A stretch of DNA of 64,000 nucleotides, taken from NCBI RefSeq assembly GCF_035084215.1, contig NC_090340.1, forward strand, positions 15,562,001-15,626,000. Reading direction: 5' to 3'. Below, one piece after another: positions 48,233-61,100 of this stretch (position 1 is the first letter of the stretch; the number at the start of each line of letters is the position of its first letter). A program made the position numbers and the translations under genes. This stretch comes from Heptranchias perlo. Its lineage: Eukaryota. The notes beneath the pieces are model-generated. The model was not told the origin of the DNA. It saw nothing but the letters and a program-made list of their open reading frames with translations, and did not search any database.

Positions 48233-51200
48233 GAGATGGCTTCTGAACTGCCTGTTCTCCAGAGAGCTCCATTGCTGTACAACTCTATTCTTGAGCATTC
48301 GTTGCCATCCTTTGCCCTTTCTTCCCCATCTCCCCTCTTCCACTGTTTAAATTCCACTGCCTCTACTAGTAGGTACATTTTAGCCCTAACTGCAAGTTCA
48401 AGCTGCAAGTTTAAAGTTACCTGGGCCCACTGCCCATCCCCCAACCATGCCTGCTCTTTGTTTTCATCAGTGAGCACTGGATCTTTGTTCAAACTTTGCT
48501 TCCAAATTCCTGGACTTCTCTGCCATCAAAACTACACTACTCCACTGGACTACACTGCAAGACTCAGCTGCTGTGCCTCTGATCTGCTATTCAGTTGCTT
48601 AATTTTTAAGGTAACTTTGTCTAGCCTACCGCTGCTATTACCTGCTGAGCTTATGACTGTCCTATTGGTCGTTCAACTTTATTTTGCTATAGTATGGTTC
48701 CTGGCCAGGAATTCACTCTCCTGGGCTGCAGTCCATTTCTCCACCGCTTCTGGATCTTATAGTGACCTCCACTTCACCACCATTTTTCTACCCCGCGATC
48801 AATTCTGCCACTTCCTGGCTCTTCATTCCCATGGAAATACCTCCAGCAGTGCATCCTCCAATACTCTACCCTTCAAATCGCTTCTGGACTCACTCCCCCT
48901 CCACAGCTGTCTCCGAACTGGGACTTCACTTCGATGCTCCAAGCTGACTCCACCCAATCTATGTCAACTTTATCCCACCATGGGACCTCTGACTTTAACT
49001 TTGGACTCTCTCCTATTGCCTCCTCTCCATTCCCTGATTATTACTAGGACATATTTATCCCAATCTTGCTTGGTAATGACACCTATGTAACTTGAGCTTC
49101 CCTGTGTCCATTCATGAGTGCATTATGGCTGCCACTCCGGACCCGAGCCCATCGCTTCTATTTCCCCTTTTATCACCTTTTTTCTTATTTTCTCTTTACC
49201 CCTCCTAGGCCCCTCTCTCCTCTCATCACGTCTCCTTTCATTTCTGCCCTCTCGGGTACTCTGCCCTCCCAAATCCCTACCTCAACACTTCCTACTCTCC
49301 ACTGTCCTAGGCTTGACTCCCCCTTAGATAAGCCTACAGTTTCCCACTGTGCCTCTCCTGGCATCCTCTGAAGGGCCCATTGAGGCACTTGTTGCTTACG
49401 AGCAGCAACCCCAACTGCCCCATCCTACTCGTCACCAACTTTCCTGCCCAGCACGCCCGCTGGGGGCTAATCTTGCCAATCTCCTTTCCGTCCCACTCAC
49501 TCCTCCCAGCGCTGACCCTGTGGACTCTGCCAGCTGATCACCTCCCATTTACGCATCTCCCTCAAGAATGTCCATTAACTTGTGAACAAGGCCCCTGCCA
49601 TCCAAGAGCTTATTGTGCAAGGCATTGATATCATGGCCTTGACGGAAACCTGGCAGATGGGTGATGACACCTGCCCCCTTAATGAAGCCTCCACACCTAG
49701 CTATACCTTCCATCACTTGCCCCGTCCAAACCGTCTTAGTGGCGATATGGCCCTTATCACCAAATCGCACCTTGGTCTGTCCCCCTACTCCTCTGGCACC
49801 AACTCCTCCTTTGAGCATCTCACCTTGTTCCACCCCTCTCACCTCTCCTTTAAAATCCTCGTTCTCTAATGCCCACCCTCAGCCTCTGCACCAAGTGACT
49901 TCTCATCCTCGGTGATTTCAACCTCCATTTCAACTCATCATGACCTCTCTCCTCTCTCCTCTGAGTTCAGTGCCCTCTTACCCTCCCTTAATCTCTCCCT
50001 CCATACAACTCCGCTACTCATATTCACGGCCACCCCCTCGACCTTGTTATCTCATGTGGCCTCTCGACTCCCATCATGTCAATCACGGATAAGGCCATCT
50101 CCGATCGCTTCCTTGTAATCCTCTCCACCCACAACTCCCTTCCCCCTCTCAACCCCATTTCCTACTGTGTTCGCCCCTGGAAAAAACTCTCCTCCAAGTC
50201 ACTTACGATTTTCAAATTCAAAACTATCGAGCCTTTGGCCCTCCATTCACCACAACATTTCTGCAGCTACCGATCTACTCAGTCACACTCTCACCTCCAC
50301 CTTTAATGCCCTTGTCACCATTAAAACCATTACTCTCTCTCTCACCCTGGTCATTCTCCCTGGTATGACCCTCATCTCCACTCCCTTAAGTCCAAGGGAT
50401 GCAGACTTGAACATTTATGGTGGACAACTGGTTTATCCATTCATCGCCAGATCTGGCTGGACCACATAAAGCACCATTGAATTCTGCTCTCCTCTGCCAA
50501 AACTGCTCACTGTTCCAGGATCATCCTGGAATGCAAAGATAACCCCCGGCTTCTCTTCTCCACTACAAACCGTCTTCTTAAACCCCTCTCCCCTGCCTCC
50601 TCCACCATCACCTCCAACAACAAGTGTGAGGAGCTCGTGGTCTTCTTTGTCACTAATATTGAGACCATTCATTCAGCTGCCTCTGCCGCTTCCCTCCCTT
50701 CCCCTTGCCCACCAAGCCAAACTTCCCCTATGGTTCTCCCCTGCCCTAGCCCTGAACTTGCATCTTTCTCCAGTTTCTCTCCTATCTCCCCTCTTGCGTT
50801 CTCCGAGCTCATTTTAACCATGAGACCCACCTCCTGCTCCCTCGATCCTATTCCCACCAAACTGCTGACCATTTAATTTCCCTTCCTGGCTCCCATTTTA
50901 GTTGATATTGTTAATGGTTCCCTCTCCTCAGGTACTGTCCCCCTCCCCATCAAATCTGCCATCATCACTCCCCTCCTCAAAATACCCACCCTTGACCCCA
51001 CTATCTTTGTAAACAACTGCCCCATCTCCAACCTCCCTTTCCTCTCCAAAGTCCTTGAACGTGTTGTCACCTCCCAAATCCGTGCCCATCTTTCCCTAAA
51101 TACAATGTTTGAATCCCTTCAATCAGGTTTCTGCCCCTGTCACAGTACTGAAATGACCCTTATCAAAGTCACAAATGACATCCTATGGTAAACTATCCTC

Positions 51201-52403
51201 TCTCATCTTTCTCAACCTGTCTGCAGCCTTTGACATGGTTAACCTCACCATCCTCCTCCAACGCCTCTCCTCACTCGTCCAGGTCAGAGGGATTGTGCTC
51301 GCCTGGTTCCATTCTTATCTATCCAGTCGTAGCCAGAGAATCACCTGCAATGGCTTCTGTTCCCACTCCCGCACTGTTATCTCTATCCTTGACCCCTCCT
51401 ATTTCTCATCTACGTGCTGCGCCTCAACGACATCATCCGAAAACACAATGTCAGGTTCAACATTTAGGCTGATGACACCCAGGTCTACCTCACCACCGCC
51501 TCCCTCAATCCCTCCACTGTCTCTGATTTGTCACACTGCTTGTCCAACATCCAGTACTGAATGAGCAAAAGTTTCCTCCAACTAAATATTGGGAAGATCA
51601 AAGCCATTGTCTTCGGTCCCCACTACAAACTCCGTTCCCTAGCCACCGACTCCATCCTACTCCCTGGCCACTGTCTGATGTTGAACCAGACCGTTCGCAA
51701 CCTTGGCATCCTATTTGACCCTGAGATGAACTTCCGACCACGTATCTGTTCCATCACCAAGACGCCTACTTCCACCTCTGTAATATCGTCCGTCTCTGCC
51801 CCTGCCTCAGCTTATCTGCTGCTGAAACCCTCATCCATGCCTTTGTTACCTCTAGACTTGACAATTTGAGTGCTCTCCTGGCTGGCCTCCCATCTTCCAC
51901 CCTCCATAAACTTGAGCTCATCCAAAACTCTGCTGCCTGTATCCTAACTCGCACCAAGTCCCGTTCATCCTTCACTCCTGTGCTCGCTGACCTACATTGA
52001 CTCCTGGTCCGGGAACGCCTTGATTTTAAAAATCTCATCCTTGTTTTCAAATCCCTCCATGGCCTTGGCCCTCCCTAACTCTGTAACCTCCTCCAGCCCT
52101 ACAACCCTCCGAGATCTCTGCACTCCTCCAATTCTTGCCACTTGCGCATCCCCAATTTTAATCGCTCCATCATTGGCGGCCGTGCCTTCAGCTGCCTAGG
52201 CCCTAAGCTCTGGAATTCCCTCCCTAAACCTCTCCACCTCTCTACCTCTCTATCCTCCTTTAAGACACTCCTTAAAACCTACTTCTTTGACCTGTCCTAA
52301 TATTTCCTTATGTGGCTCGGTGTCAAATTTTGTTGATAACGTTCCTGTGAAGCGAGTTGGAATGTTTTACTACAATAAATGCGCTATATAAATGCAAGTT
52401 GTT
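48233..52403 (+). mobile_element. Long degenerate L2 LINE
   Basis: C/T-rich sense strand; APE start NKAPAIQELI..IDIMALTETW (49582), SCSLDPIPTKLL, LSAAFD, WFHSYLS, LQLNIGK; L2 3' tail at 52360-52403. The 5' boundary is uncertain. Confidence 0.9.
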
Positions 52404-52409
52404 ACAAAG

Positions 52410-53430
52410 ATATAAAGATTATATAGATGTTCACCAGGGGTTGGTATTAGGATTATTTCTCTTTTTGATATATATTAATGGGTATACAGGGTACAATTTC
52501 AAAGTTTGCAAATGACACAAAACTAGGCAATATAGTAAATGATGAGGAGGATAGTAACAGACATCAGGGGGACATAGACAGACTGGTGAAATGGGCAGAC
52601 ACAAGGCAGATGAAATTTAACGCATATAAGTGTGAAGTGAGATATTTTGGTAGGAAGAATGAGGAAAGGCAATATAAACTAAGTGGTACAATTTTGAAGG
52701 GGGTGCAGGAGCAGAGAGACCTGTGGGTGCCCATAGACAAATCTTTGAAGGTGGCAGGACAAGTTGAGAAAGCTGTTAAAAAAGTATTTGGGATCCTTGA
52801 CTTTATAAATAGAGGCATAGAGTACAAAAGCAAGGAAGTTATGCTGAACCTTTATAAAACTTTGGTTAGGCCTCAGCTGGAGGACTGTGTTCAATTCTGG
52901 GCACCGCACTTTAGGAAGGATGTCAAGGCCTTAGAGAGGGTGAAGAAGAGATTGATTAGAACAATACCTGGGATTAGGAACTACAGTTATGTGGAGAGAC
53001 TGGAGAAGATGGAGTTCTGCTCTCCCCTTAGAGCAGAGGAAGGAAGAGATGATTTGATAGAGGTGTTCAAAATCATGACAGCTTTGATAGAGTAAATAAG
53101 GAGAAACTGTTTCCAGTGGCAGAAGGGTCGATAACCAGAGGACACAGATTTAAGGTGATTGACAAAAGAACCAGAAGCAACATGAGGAAAAACAGTTTTA
53201 TACACGAGTTGTTGTGATCTGGAATGCACTGCCTGAAAGGGTAGTGGAGGCAGATTTAATAGTAAGATTCAAAAAGAAATTGGATAAATACTTGAAGGGA
53301 AAACATTTACAAGGCTATGGAGAAAGAGCAGGGTGGTGGGACTAATTGGATAGCTCTATCAAAGAGCTTGCACAGGCACGATGGGCCGAATGGCCTCCTT
53401 CTATGCTGTATCATTATATGATTCTATGAT
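52410..53430 (+). mobile_element. CR1 3' fragment
   Basis: ORF 52478-53095 (SKFANDTKLG, LVRPQLEDCVQFW); tail TATGATTCTATG. Confidence 0.93.
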
Positions 53431-53727
53431 AAAAGTGCAGGAAAATAAAGCTTTGTACCCATTTGAACTTAATAGTTCTTGTTTAATTTTAAAAGTATAC
53501 AGCTCTTTTCTTCCCAGTAGATATATAAAAATTAATGTTATGCAAACTTCAGAAGAAGAGTGATATAAATTAGGAAATAAAAAATAAGAACATTTATAAA
53601 TGTCATGGGCTTTGACTTTAGAATGGTTATTTTGCAGTAGATTCCCTTGCAGTAATCCATAAGAAGAGCAATTTTGTTAAATAAAAAGCAAAAAACTGAA
53701 AATGCTGAAAATCTGAAGACAAAACTG

Positions 53728-54652
53728 AGGAATCTGAAGTACAACTTCAAAATTTGGGGGGTGTAGTTAATACAAAGGAAGAATGCGTCAAAATACAACA
53801 CGATATTAATACACTTGCAGAATGGGCATGTAATTGGCAATTCAATTTCAATATAGGTAAGTGTGAGATGGTCCATTTTGCTATTAAGTATTCGAAGGCC
53901 ACATACTGCTTGGATAATAAGCATCTAAACGGGATAGAGGAGCAAAGGGATCTAGGGGCACAGATACACAAACCATTAAAAGTAGCGACACAGGTTAATA
54001 AGGCCATAAAAAAAAAAAACAAAGCATTGGGGTTCATTTCTAGGGGATAGAATTGAAAAGCAGAGAAGTAATGTTAAACTTGTATAGAACCTTGGTTAGT
54101 CCATACTTGGAGTTTTGTGCACAGTTCTGGACTCCATATTATAGAAAGGATATCGAGGCACTGGTGAAGTTGCAAAAAAGATCCACAAAGATGATAGCAG
54201 AACTGAAAGGATATACTTATCAGGAAAGGCTGAACAGGCTGGGGCTCTATTCTCTGGAAAAGAAAGGTTGAGGGGCGAACTGATAGAGGTCTTTAAGGTA
54301 ATGATAGTGTTTGATAGGGTAGACGTAGAGAAAATGTTTCCACTTGTGGGGGAGTCCAAAACTAGAGGCCATAAATATAAGATAGTCATTAATAAATCCA
54401 ATAGGGAATTCAGGAGAAACTTCTTTACCCAGAGAGTGGTAAGAATGTGGAATGCACTACCACATGGAATATCTGAGGTGAATGGTAGAGATGCATTTAA
54501 GGGGACGCTAGATAAGCACATGAGGGAGAAAGGAATAGAAGGATATGTTGATAGGATGAGATGAAGAGGGGTGGGAGGAGCCTTGTGTGAAGCATAAATG
54601 CCCACATTGACCATTTGGGCCAAATGGCCTGTTTCTGTGCTGTAGACTCTAT
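53728..54652 (+). mobile_element. CR1 3' fragment; its tail is split by a Harbinger-type element
   Basis: ORFs 53754-54564; CTATG tail resumes at 56461. Confidence 0.9.
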
Positions 54653-56460
54653 GGGCTATAAATTGGGCCGTGGAGCGCCCATTGTATAGGTGCTGCGCGG
54701 CCTCCTAAGGGCCCAAAATGGCATCCAGAATGCGCATGCATGCTTCTAGCGTGATGTACGCCAGACGCCATCTTGGTAAAGGCATTTGCACGTGCACAGA
54801 TAACAATGCCAGCAGCATGTAAAGTAAGGAGAGTATGCATTAGATCTGTGTGCAATGCTGATTTAAAGGGACAAATGCAATTCTGGAACTCAATGCTCCA
54901 GCCAACACACTGTCTTAACCTTGCTGAGCTGAACAGGTTGTAAACAGCATGGAGGACCCCACCACCAGCGCTATTTAAAGGGATCAAGCAGGATTTACAG
55001 GTTAGTTGCTGGATTATTGCTGCTAGCTGCTGATTCATTTGTACCTTTTTTGGAGGTCTCCTATACTTGAATACTAGGACTAGGGGACATAGCCTAAAAA
55101 TTAGAACCTGGACATGCAGGAGTGAAGTTAGGAAACACTGCTACACGCAAAGGGTGGTAGAAGTTTGGAACCCTCTTCTGCAAACGACAGTTGATGTTAG
55201 CTCAATTGTTGAATCTGAGATTGATAGATTTTTGTTAACCAAAGATATTAAGAGATATGGAGCTGAGGCGCATGTATGGAGCTAGGTCACAGATCAACCA
55301 TGATCTCATTGAATGGTGGAACAGGCTCGAGGGTGCTAAATGGCCTACTCCTGTTCCTATCATCTTATGTTCCTATAATAAAGTTTCAATACTCTACAGG
55401 GAGTGGGCTGGCTAGCTGATAGGCAGCTGATGGGCACGGAATGCTGTCATCCTGAGAGAGGACAGCAGGTTCATGTTCCATGGAGCCACTGCCACTTACT
55501 GCCTCCTGTTATGCGCCACCTTCTCCTGACAGAAAGTGGGACCTGTGTCGGTGAGTGTCTTGTAGGATGTTTGGGTGATATGCCTGTCATGGTTGAATAG
55601 CTGTCTGTGTCTGTGATCTGTGAGTTGTGGGTGTGCTGCTTGCAACAGTGGTAATATGTGAGGGTAAGAGGAAGCATCTGTTTGGAAGAGTTGAGTACTG
55701 ATTGAAAGAGTTTGTTGGTAGGTGGGTGATGGGGGGGTAAGGTGTGTGGAGCAGTGGATGCGGCTAGTGGTGCAGTTGGTAGGAGATGCCAGTTGACAGT
55801 TGACCTCACACACCTTGATCACTGAACTATGTTCAGGGTGCTATGTGCCTGGCATTGACTTGGTCCCATACTGTCTCCACTGCCTCTTGAGCATATGTCT
55901 GGAGGGCCTCTTGTCCCCTTGCGGATATAAGATGTCCCTCCTTCTGTCCACCTCTTGCACCAAGGCCTCTAGTGCATCAACTGAGAAGCTTGGAGCACGT
56001 TCTCTCACAAGCCTGGTACCAACTCAGATTGGCAGTTTGGTGAGGTCTGGCGTGCAGATTGGAGGATGTGGGATTTTTTGGTGCACAACCTTTATTCACA
56101 TACCAACAGTTTGTAAACATAGGGATGGGACCTGCATCTGTGTTTTATGTGCGCAGTGTCTGATTTCTGTTCAGACTCCGCACGGACTCGTTTCTTATAT
56201 TTTGCAAATAAGAGGTGCAGGCTGCCTTTAAGAGCTGCAGGCTGCCTTTACGAGGTGCAGGCTGCCTTTACGAGGTGCTAGCCACTCGCGCGATATCGGG
56301 GCCCCCCCTGCTGGTGAGCAGCCACTCAACAGTGCAGCTAGGCCTGGCTGCTTGCAGATAACGAATGTTACGTGCTGCCTGCATCTCAACGATTGGGCGC
56401 AGGTGAATCGCGCATCATGTCCCCTGTGCCCAGTTTCGGGGGTTATCCAATTTAACCCCC
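54653..56460 (-). mobile_element. Non-autonomous PIF/Harbinger-type DNA transposon with a Myb/SANT-like remnant; CR1 3' fragment nested at 55065-55375
   Basis: Imperfect TIRs GGGCTATAAATTGG / CCAATTTAACCCC; 3-bp TAT duplication (54650-54652, 56461-56463). Minus strand ~56005-55870 reads RERAPSFSVDALEALVQEVDRRRDILYPQG..KRQW. Confidence 0.75.
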
Positions 56461-56477
56461 TATGTAATTCTATGTAA

Positions 56478-57745
56478 TATAAAACAGAACATGCTGGAAA
56501 TTCTCAGTGGTCAGTCAACATCTGTCAAGAGAACAGACAAGTTAATGGTTCAGCATAGCCCTTCATCAGAACTGGAAAAATAAAGATAAACAGTATTTCA
56601 AAAAGGAAGACAAGAATAAAAACTTACATTAATATAGCGCATTTAAAGTAGAAACATTTCCCAAAGTGCTTTATAAAGGCCAAACCAAAAAGATAAATAC
56701 ACCCAGCCAAAGAAAACGGTATTAGGAAGGAGGAACCACAAGGTTGATCAAAGGTCAGTTTTCAGGATGGTCTTAATGGAAGAGAGAGAATGCAGAGGCA
56801 GAGGGGCTTAGAAAGATAATTTCAGTACATGGAGTTTAAGCAATGGTGGGCATAGGGAGGGGTAATGCCACACATAGGGGAATGGAGTGATGGGGGTGCT
56901 GTTGGCTGGCTGGGTTACTGAGAGAGGGAACAGCAAGGCTATGAAGGAATTTATACGAGGATGAGAATTTTAAATTTGAGGCACTGAGGGGCCAGAAGCC
57001 ATTGTAGGTCAGCGAGGACAGGGGTGATGGGTGAGCAAGACAGGATATAGGCAGCAGAGTTTTGGATGAGCTGAAGTTTATGGAGGGTGGAGGATGGGGG
57101 GGGTGTAGCTAGGAGAGCATTGGTGTAATTAGGGTATATCTTGACTATGTGTGATAGTGTAAAATGGACGATAGCAAGTTGGCCGCCTGTTTCACATTTC
57201 AGCTGGTTTTTATTTCCTATTAAATTACCCCATTGAGTTTGGAGTTGATCAAGGCATGGAAAAGTGTTCCAGGTGGAGGGGGCTGAGGTAAGTGCAGAGG
57301 TGGGTAATGCTGCAGAGGTGCAAGTAGGCAGTCTTTATAATGAAGAGGATATGGGGTCACTATCTTTTGTGAATTGGGTTAGTGCCTTATCGGTGCTGTG
57401 GTGGGGTGGAAACCTGATTGGACAGGTTCAAGCAGGGAGTTGCAGGCAAGGTGGGCATCAAACAAAGGGAAGAATGGGGGGAAGAACAGATATATGTGTG
57501 AGAGGAAGCAGAATGATCTCTTGTTTTTCATTTAAGCACTTTACAGATCATTCTATCTACTGCCATGAGTGTGTTTGTGTGTGTGTGTGTGTGTATTTAT
57601 ATGTGTGTGTTTGCCTCCCCTTTCTATTTGTTCTGCTCCTTTTTAAATGCTTCCCATCTGTCATTTATTCCGTTCTGGTGAAGGGTTAGATCTGAAACTC
57701 GCCTGTCCTCTCCACAGAGGCATTTATTTTAGCTTTCTGTTTGAA
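56478..57745. mobile_element. Decayed Penelope-like inverted ends (about 56478-56600 and 57640-57745) enclosing a minus-strand L2 3' fragment (about 56620-57450)
   Basis: AAAACAGAACATGCTGGAAA..CCCTTCATCAGAACTGG resembles 3931-4032; TTCTGGTGAAGGG..TGAAAC on the opposite side; GCAGCAGAGTTTTGGATGAGCT is L2 antisense. Confidence 0.6.
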
Positions 57746-58194
57746 ATACGTTATTGCCTAAGTGTGAACTTTTGCAACTTTTCTATAAAAACAGGTCTCA
57801 TCTTGTAGCTGATTTCTTCATTTAGCTAATGATTTACCACAAGTGCACTCTTAGCTCGAGCTAATGAGAAATTACAATCACTGGAGGGTTAGAACTGCAC
57901 GGCGATTCTGCTGGTGACATAATGGAAACTCGCTGTGGTTAAAGGTTGAGTCCGTCTCAGGACAGGCGAGCTGCACACTGCTTGCTTTATCGTGCTTAAC
58001 GTTCAAAACAAATACAAGTATAATTTAAACAATTTATTTGAAACCCCTCATCTCTCAACCAAACGTTTCTAAAGTTGTTCTGCAAGGTCTGTAGTTTGTG
58101 ATTCCGCGGCGTGCTGATTCTGAAAACAGAAATGCGAGGCAATTATCTCGATGTCAGCTAAATGTCAATGTTACATATGTTAACGTTAGAGATG

Positions 58195-61100
58195 TAGCTA
58201 TACAGCAGTGATAACTGGGGACTTCATAATATGGACTGGGATAACAATAATAGTATAAGGGGCACAGAGGGGGACGAATTATTTAAATGTGTTGAGGATA
58301 ACTTTCTTGACCAGTATGTTTCTGGCCCAATGAGGAAGGAGGCATTGCTGGACTTGATTGTAGGGAATGAGATGGGCCAAGTGGAACAATTGTCAGTGGG
58401 GGACCATTTAGGGAGCAGCGATCATAGTATCATGAGGTTTAGAATAGCAATGGAAAAGGACATTGACCACTCTAAAGTAAAAATATTCAATTGGAGAAGG
58501 GCCAATTTCACTGGATGAGAACAGATCTGACCCGGGTAAATTGGAATCAAAGATTGGCAGGCAAAACTGTAATTGAACAGTGGGTGACCTTTAAGGAAGA
58601 GATGGTTCGGATACAGTCTAGGCACATTCCCACGAGGCAGAAAGATAGGGCAACTAAAGCCAGAGCTCCCTGGATGACAAAAGAGGTAGTGAGTAAGATA
58701 AAATGGAAAAAAGGGGCATATGACAGATGTCAGGTTGATAACATGAGTGAGAACCAGGCAAAATATAGAAAGTTCAGAAGGGAAGTGAAAAAGGGAAATA
58801 AGAGGGGCAAAGAGAGAGTATGAGAATAGACTGGCGGCCAACAACAAGGGGAATCCAAAAGTCTTCTATAGGCATGTAAACAGTAAAAGGGTAGTAAGAG
58901 GAGGGGTGGGGCCGATTAGGGACCAAAAAGAGATCTACTCATGGAGGCAGAGGGCATGGCTGAGGTACTAAATGAGTACTTTGCATCTGTCTTTACCAAG
59001 GAAGAAGATGCTGCCAGAGTCTCAATAAAGGAAGATATTATTGAGATACTGGATGGGCTCAAAATTGATAAAGAAGAGATACATGAAAGGCTGACTGTGC
59101 TTAAAGGCGATAAGTCACCCGGTCCGGATGGGATGCATCCTAGGTTGCTGAGGGAAGTAAGGGTGGAAATTGCAGAAGTATTGGCCATAATCTTCCAAAC
59201 ATCCATAGATACAGGGGTGGTGCCAGAGGACTGGAAAATTGCAAATGTTACACCCTTGTTCTAAAAAGGGTGTAAGGATAAACCCAGCAACTATAGGCCA
59301 GTCAATTTAACCTCAGTGGTGGAGAAACTTGTAGAAACGATAATCCAGGACAGAATTAACAGTCACTTGGACGAGTGTGGATTGATTAGGGAAAGTAAGC
59401 ACGGATTTGTTAAAGGCAAATTGTGTGTAACTAACCTGTTAGAGTTTTTTGATTGATTTATTTATTTATTTTTTAAATTCGTTCACGGGATGTGGGCGTC
59501 GCTGGCAAGGCCAGCATTTATTGCCCATCCCTAATTGCCCTCGAGAAGGTGGTGGTGAGCCGCCTTCTTGAACCGCTGCAGTCCGTGTGGTGACGGTTCT
59601 CCCACAGTGCTGTTAGGAAGGGAGTTCCAGGATTTTGACCCAGCGACAATGAAGGAACGGCGATATATTTCCAAGTCGGGATGGTGTGTGACTTGGAGGG
59701 GAACGTGCAGGTGGTGTTGTTCCCATGCGCCTGCTGCTCTTGTCCTTCTAGGTGGTAGAGGTCGCGGGTTTGGGAGGTGCTGTCGAAGAAGCCTTGGCGA
59801 GTTGCTGCAGTGCATCCTGTGGATGGTGCACACTGCAGCCACAGTGCGCCAGTGGTGAAGGGAGTGAATGTTTAGGGTGGTGGATGGGGTGCCAATCAAG
59901 CGGGCTGCTTTATCTTGGATGGTGTCGAGCTTCTTGAGTGTTGTTGGAGCTGCACTCATCGAGGCAAGTGGAGAGTATTCCATCACACTCCTGACTTGTG
60001 CCTTGTAGATGGTGGAAAGGCTTTGGGGAGTCAGGAGGTGAGTCACTCGCCGCAGAATACCCAGCCTCTGACCTGCTCTCGTAGCCACAGTATTTATATG
60101 GCTGGTCCAGTTAAGTTTCTGGTCAATGGTGACCCCCAGGATGTTGATGGTGGGGGATTCGGCGATGGTAATGCCGTTGAATGTCAAGGGGAGGTGGTTA
60201 GACTCTCTCTTGTTGGAGATGGTCATTGCCTGGCACTTATCTGGCGCGAATGTTACTTGCCACTTATGAGCCCAAGCCTGGATGTTGTCCAGGTCTTGCT
60301 GCATGCAGGCTCGGACTGCTTCATTATCTGAGGGGTTGCGAATGGAACTGAAAACTGTGCAGTCATCAGCGAACATCCCCATTTCTGACCTTATGATGGA
60401 GGGAAGGTCATTGATGAAGCAGCTGAAGATGGTTGGGCCTAGGACACTGCCCTGAGGAACTCCTGCAGCAATGCCCTGGGGCTGAGATGATTGGCCTGCA
60501 ACAACCACTACCATCTTCCTTTGTGCTAGGTATGACTCCAGCCACTGGAGAGTTTTCCCCTTGATTCCCATTGACTTCAATTTTACTAGGGCTCCTTGGT
60601 GCCACACTCGGTCAAATGCTGCCTTGATGTCAAGGGCAGTCACTCTCACCTCACCTCTGGAATTCAGCTCTTTTGTCCATGTTTGGACCAAGGCTGTAAT
60701 GAGGTCTGGAGCCGAGTGGTCCTGGCGGAACCCAAACTGAGCATCGGTGAGCAGGTTATTGGTGAGTAAGTGCCGCTTGATAGCACTGTCGACGACACCT
60801 TCCATCACTTTGCTGATGATTGAGAGTAGACTGATGGGGCGGTAATTGGCCGGATTGGATTTGTCCTGCTTTTTGTGGACATGACATACCTGGGCAATTT
60901 TCCACATTGTCGGGTAGATGCCAGTGTTGTAGCTGTACTGGAACAGCTTGGCTAGAGGCGCAGCTAGTTCTGGAGCACAAGTCTTCAGCACTACAGCCGG
61001 GATGTTGTCGGGGCCCATAGCCTTTGCTGTATCCAGTGCACTCAGCCGTTTCTTGATATCACGTGGAGTGAATCGAATTGGCCGAAGACTGGCTTCCGTG

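Noticed and set aside
48236-49090. 284-aa Ser/Leu-rich ORF
   Set aside because: It lies in the C/T-rich 5' part of an L2; low-complexity composition and no motif I can identify as ORF1 or a host protein.
47060-54652. CR1 fragments at 47060-47972 (-) and 53728-54652 (+) with similar 5' truncation points, as another inverted duplication
   Set aside because: No convincing shared flank; independent insertions of one subfamily are sufficient.
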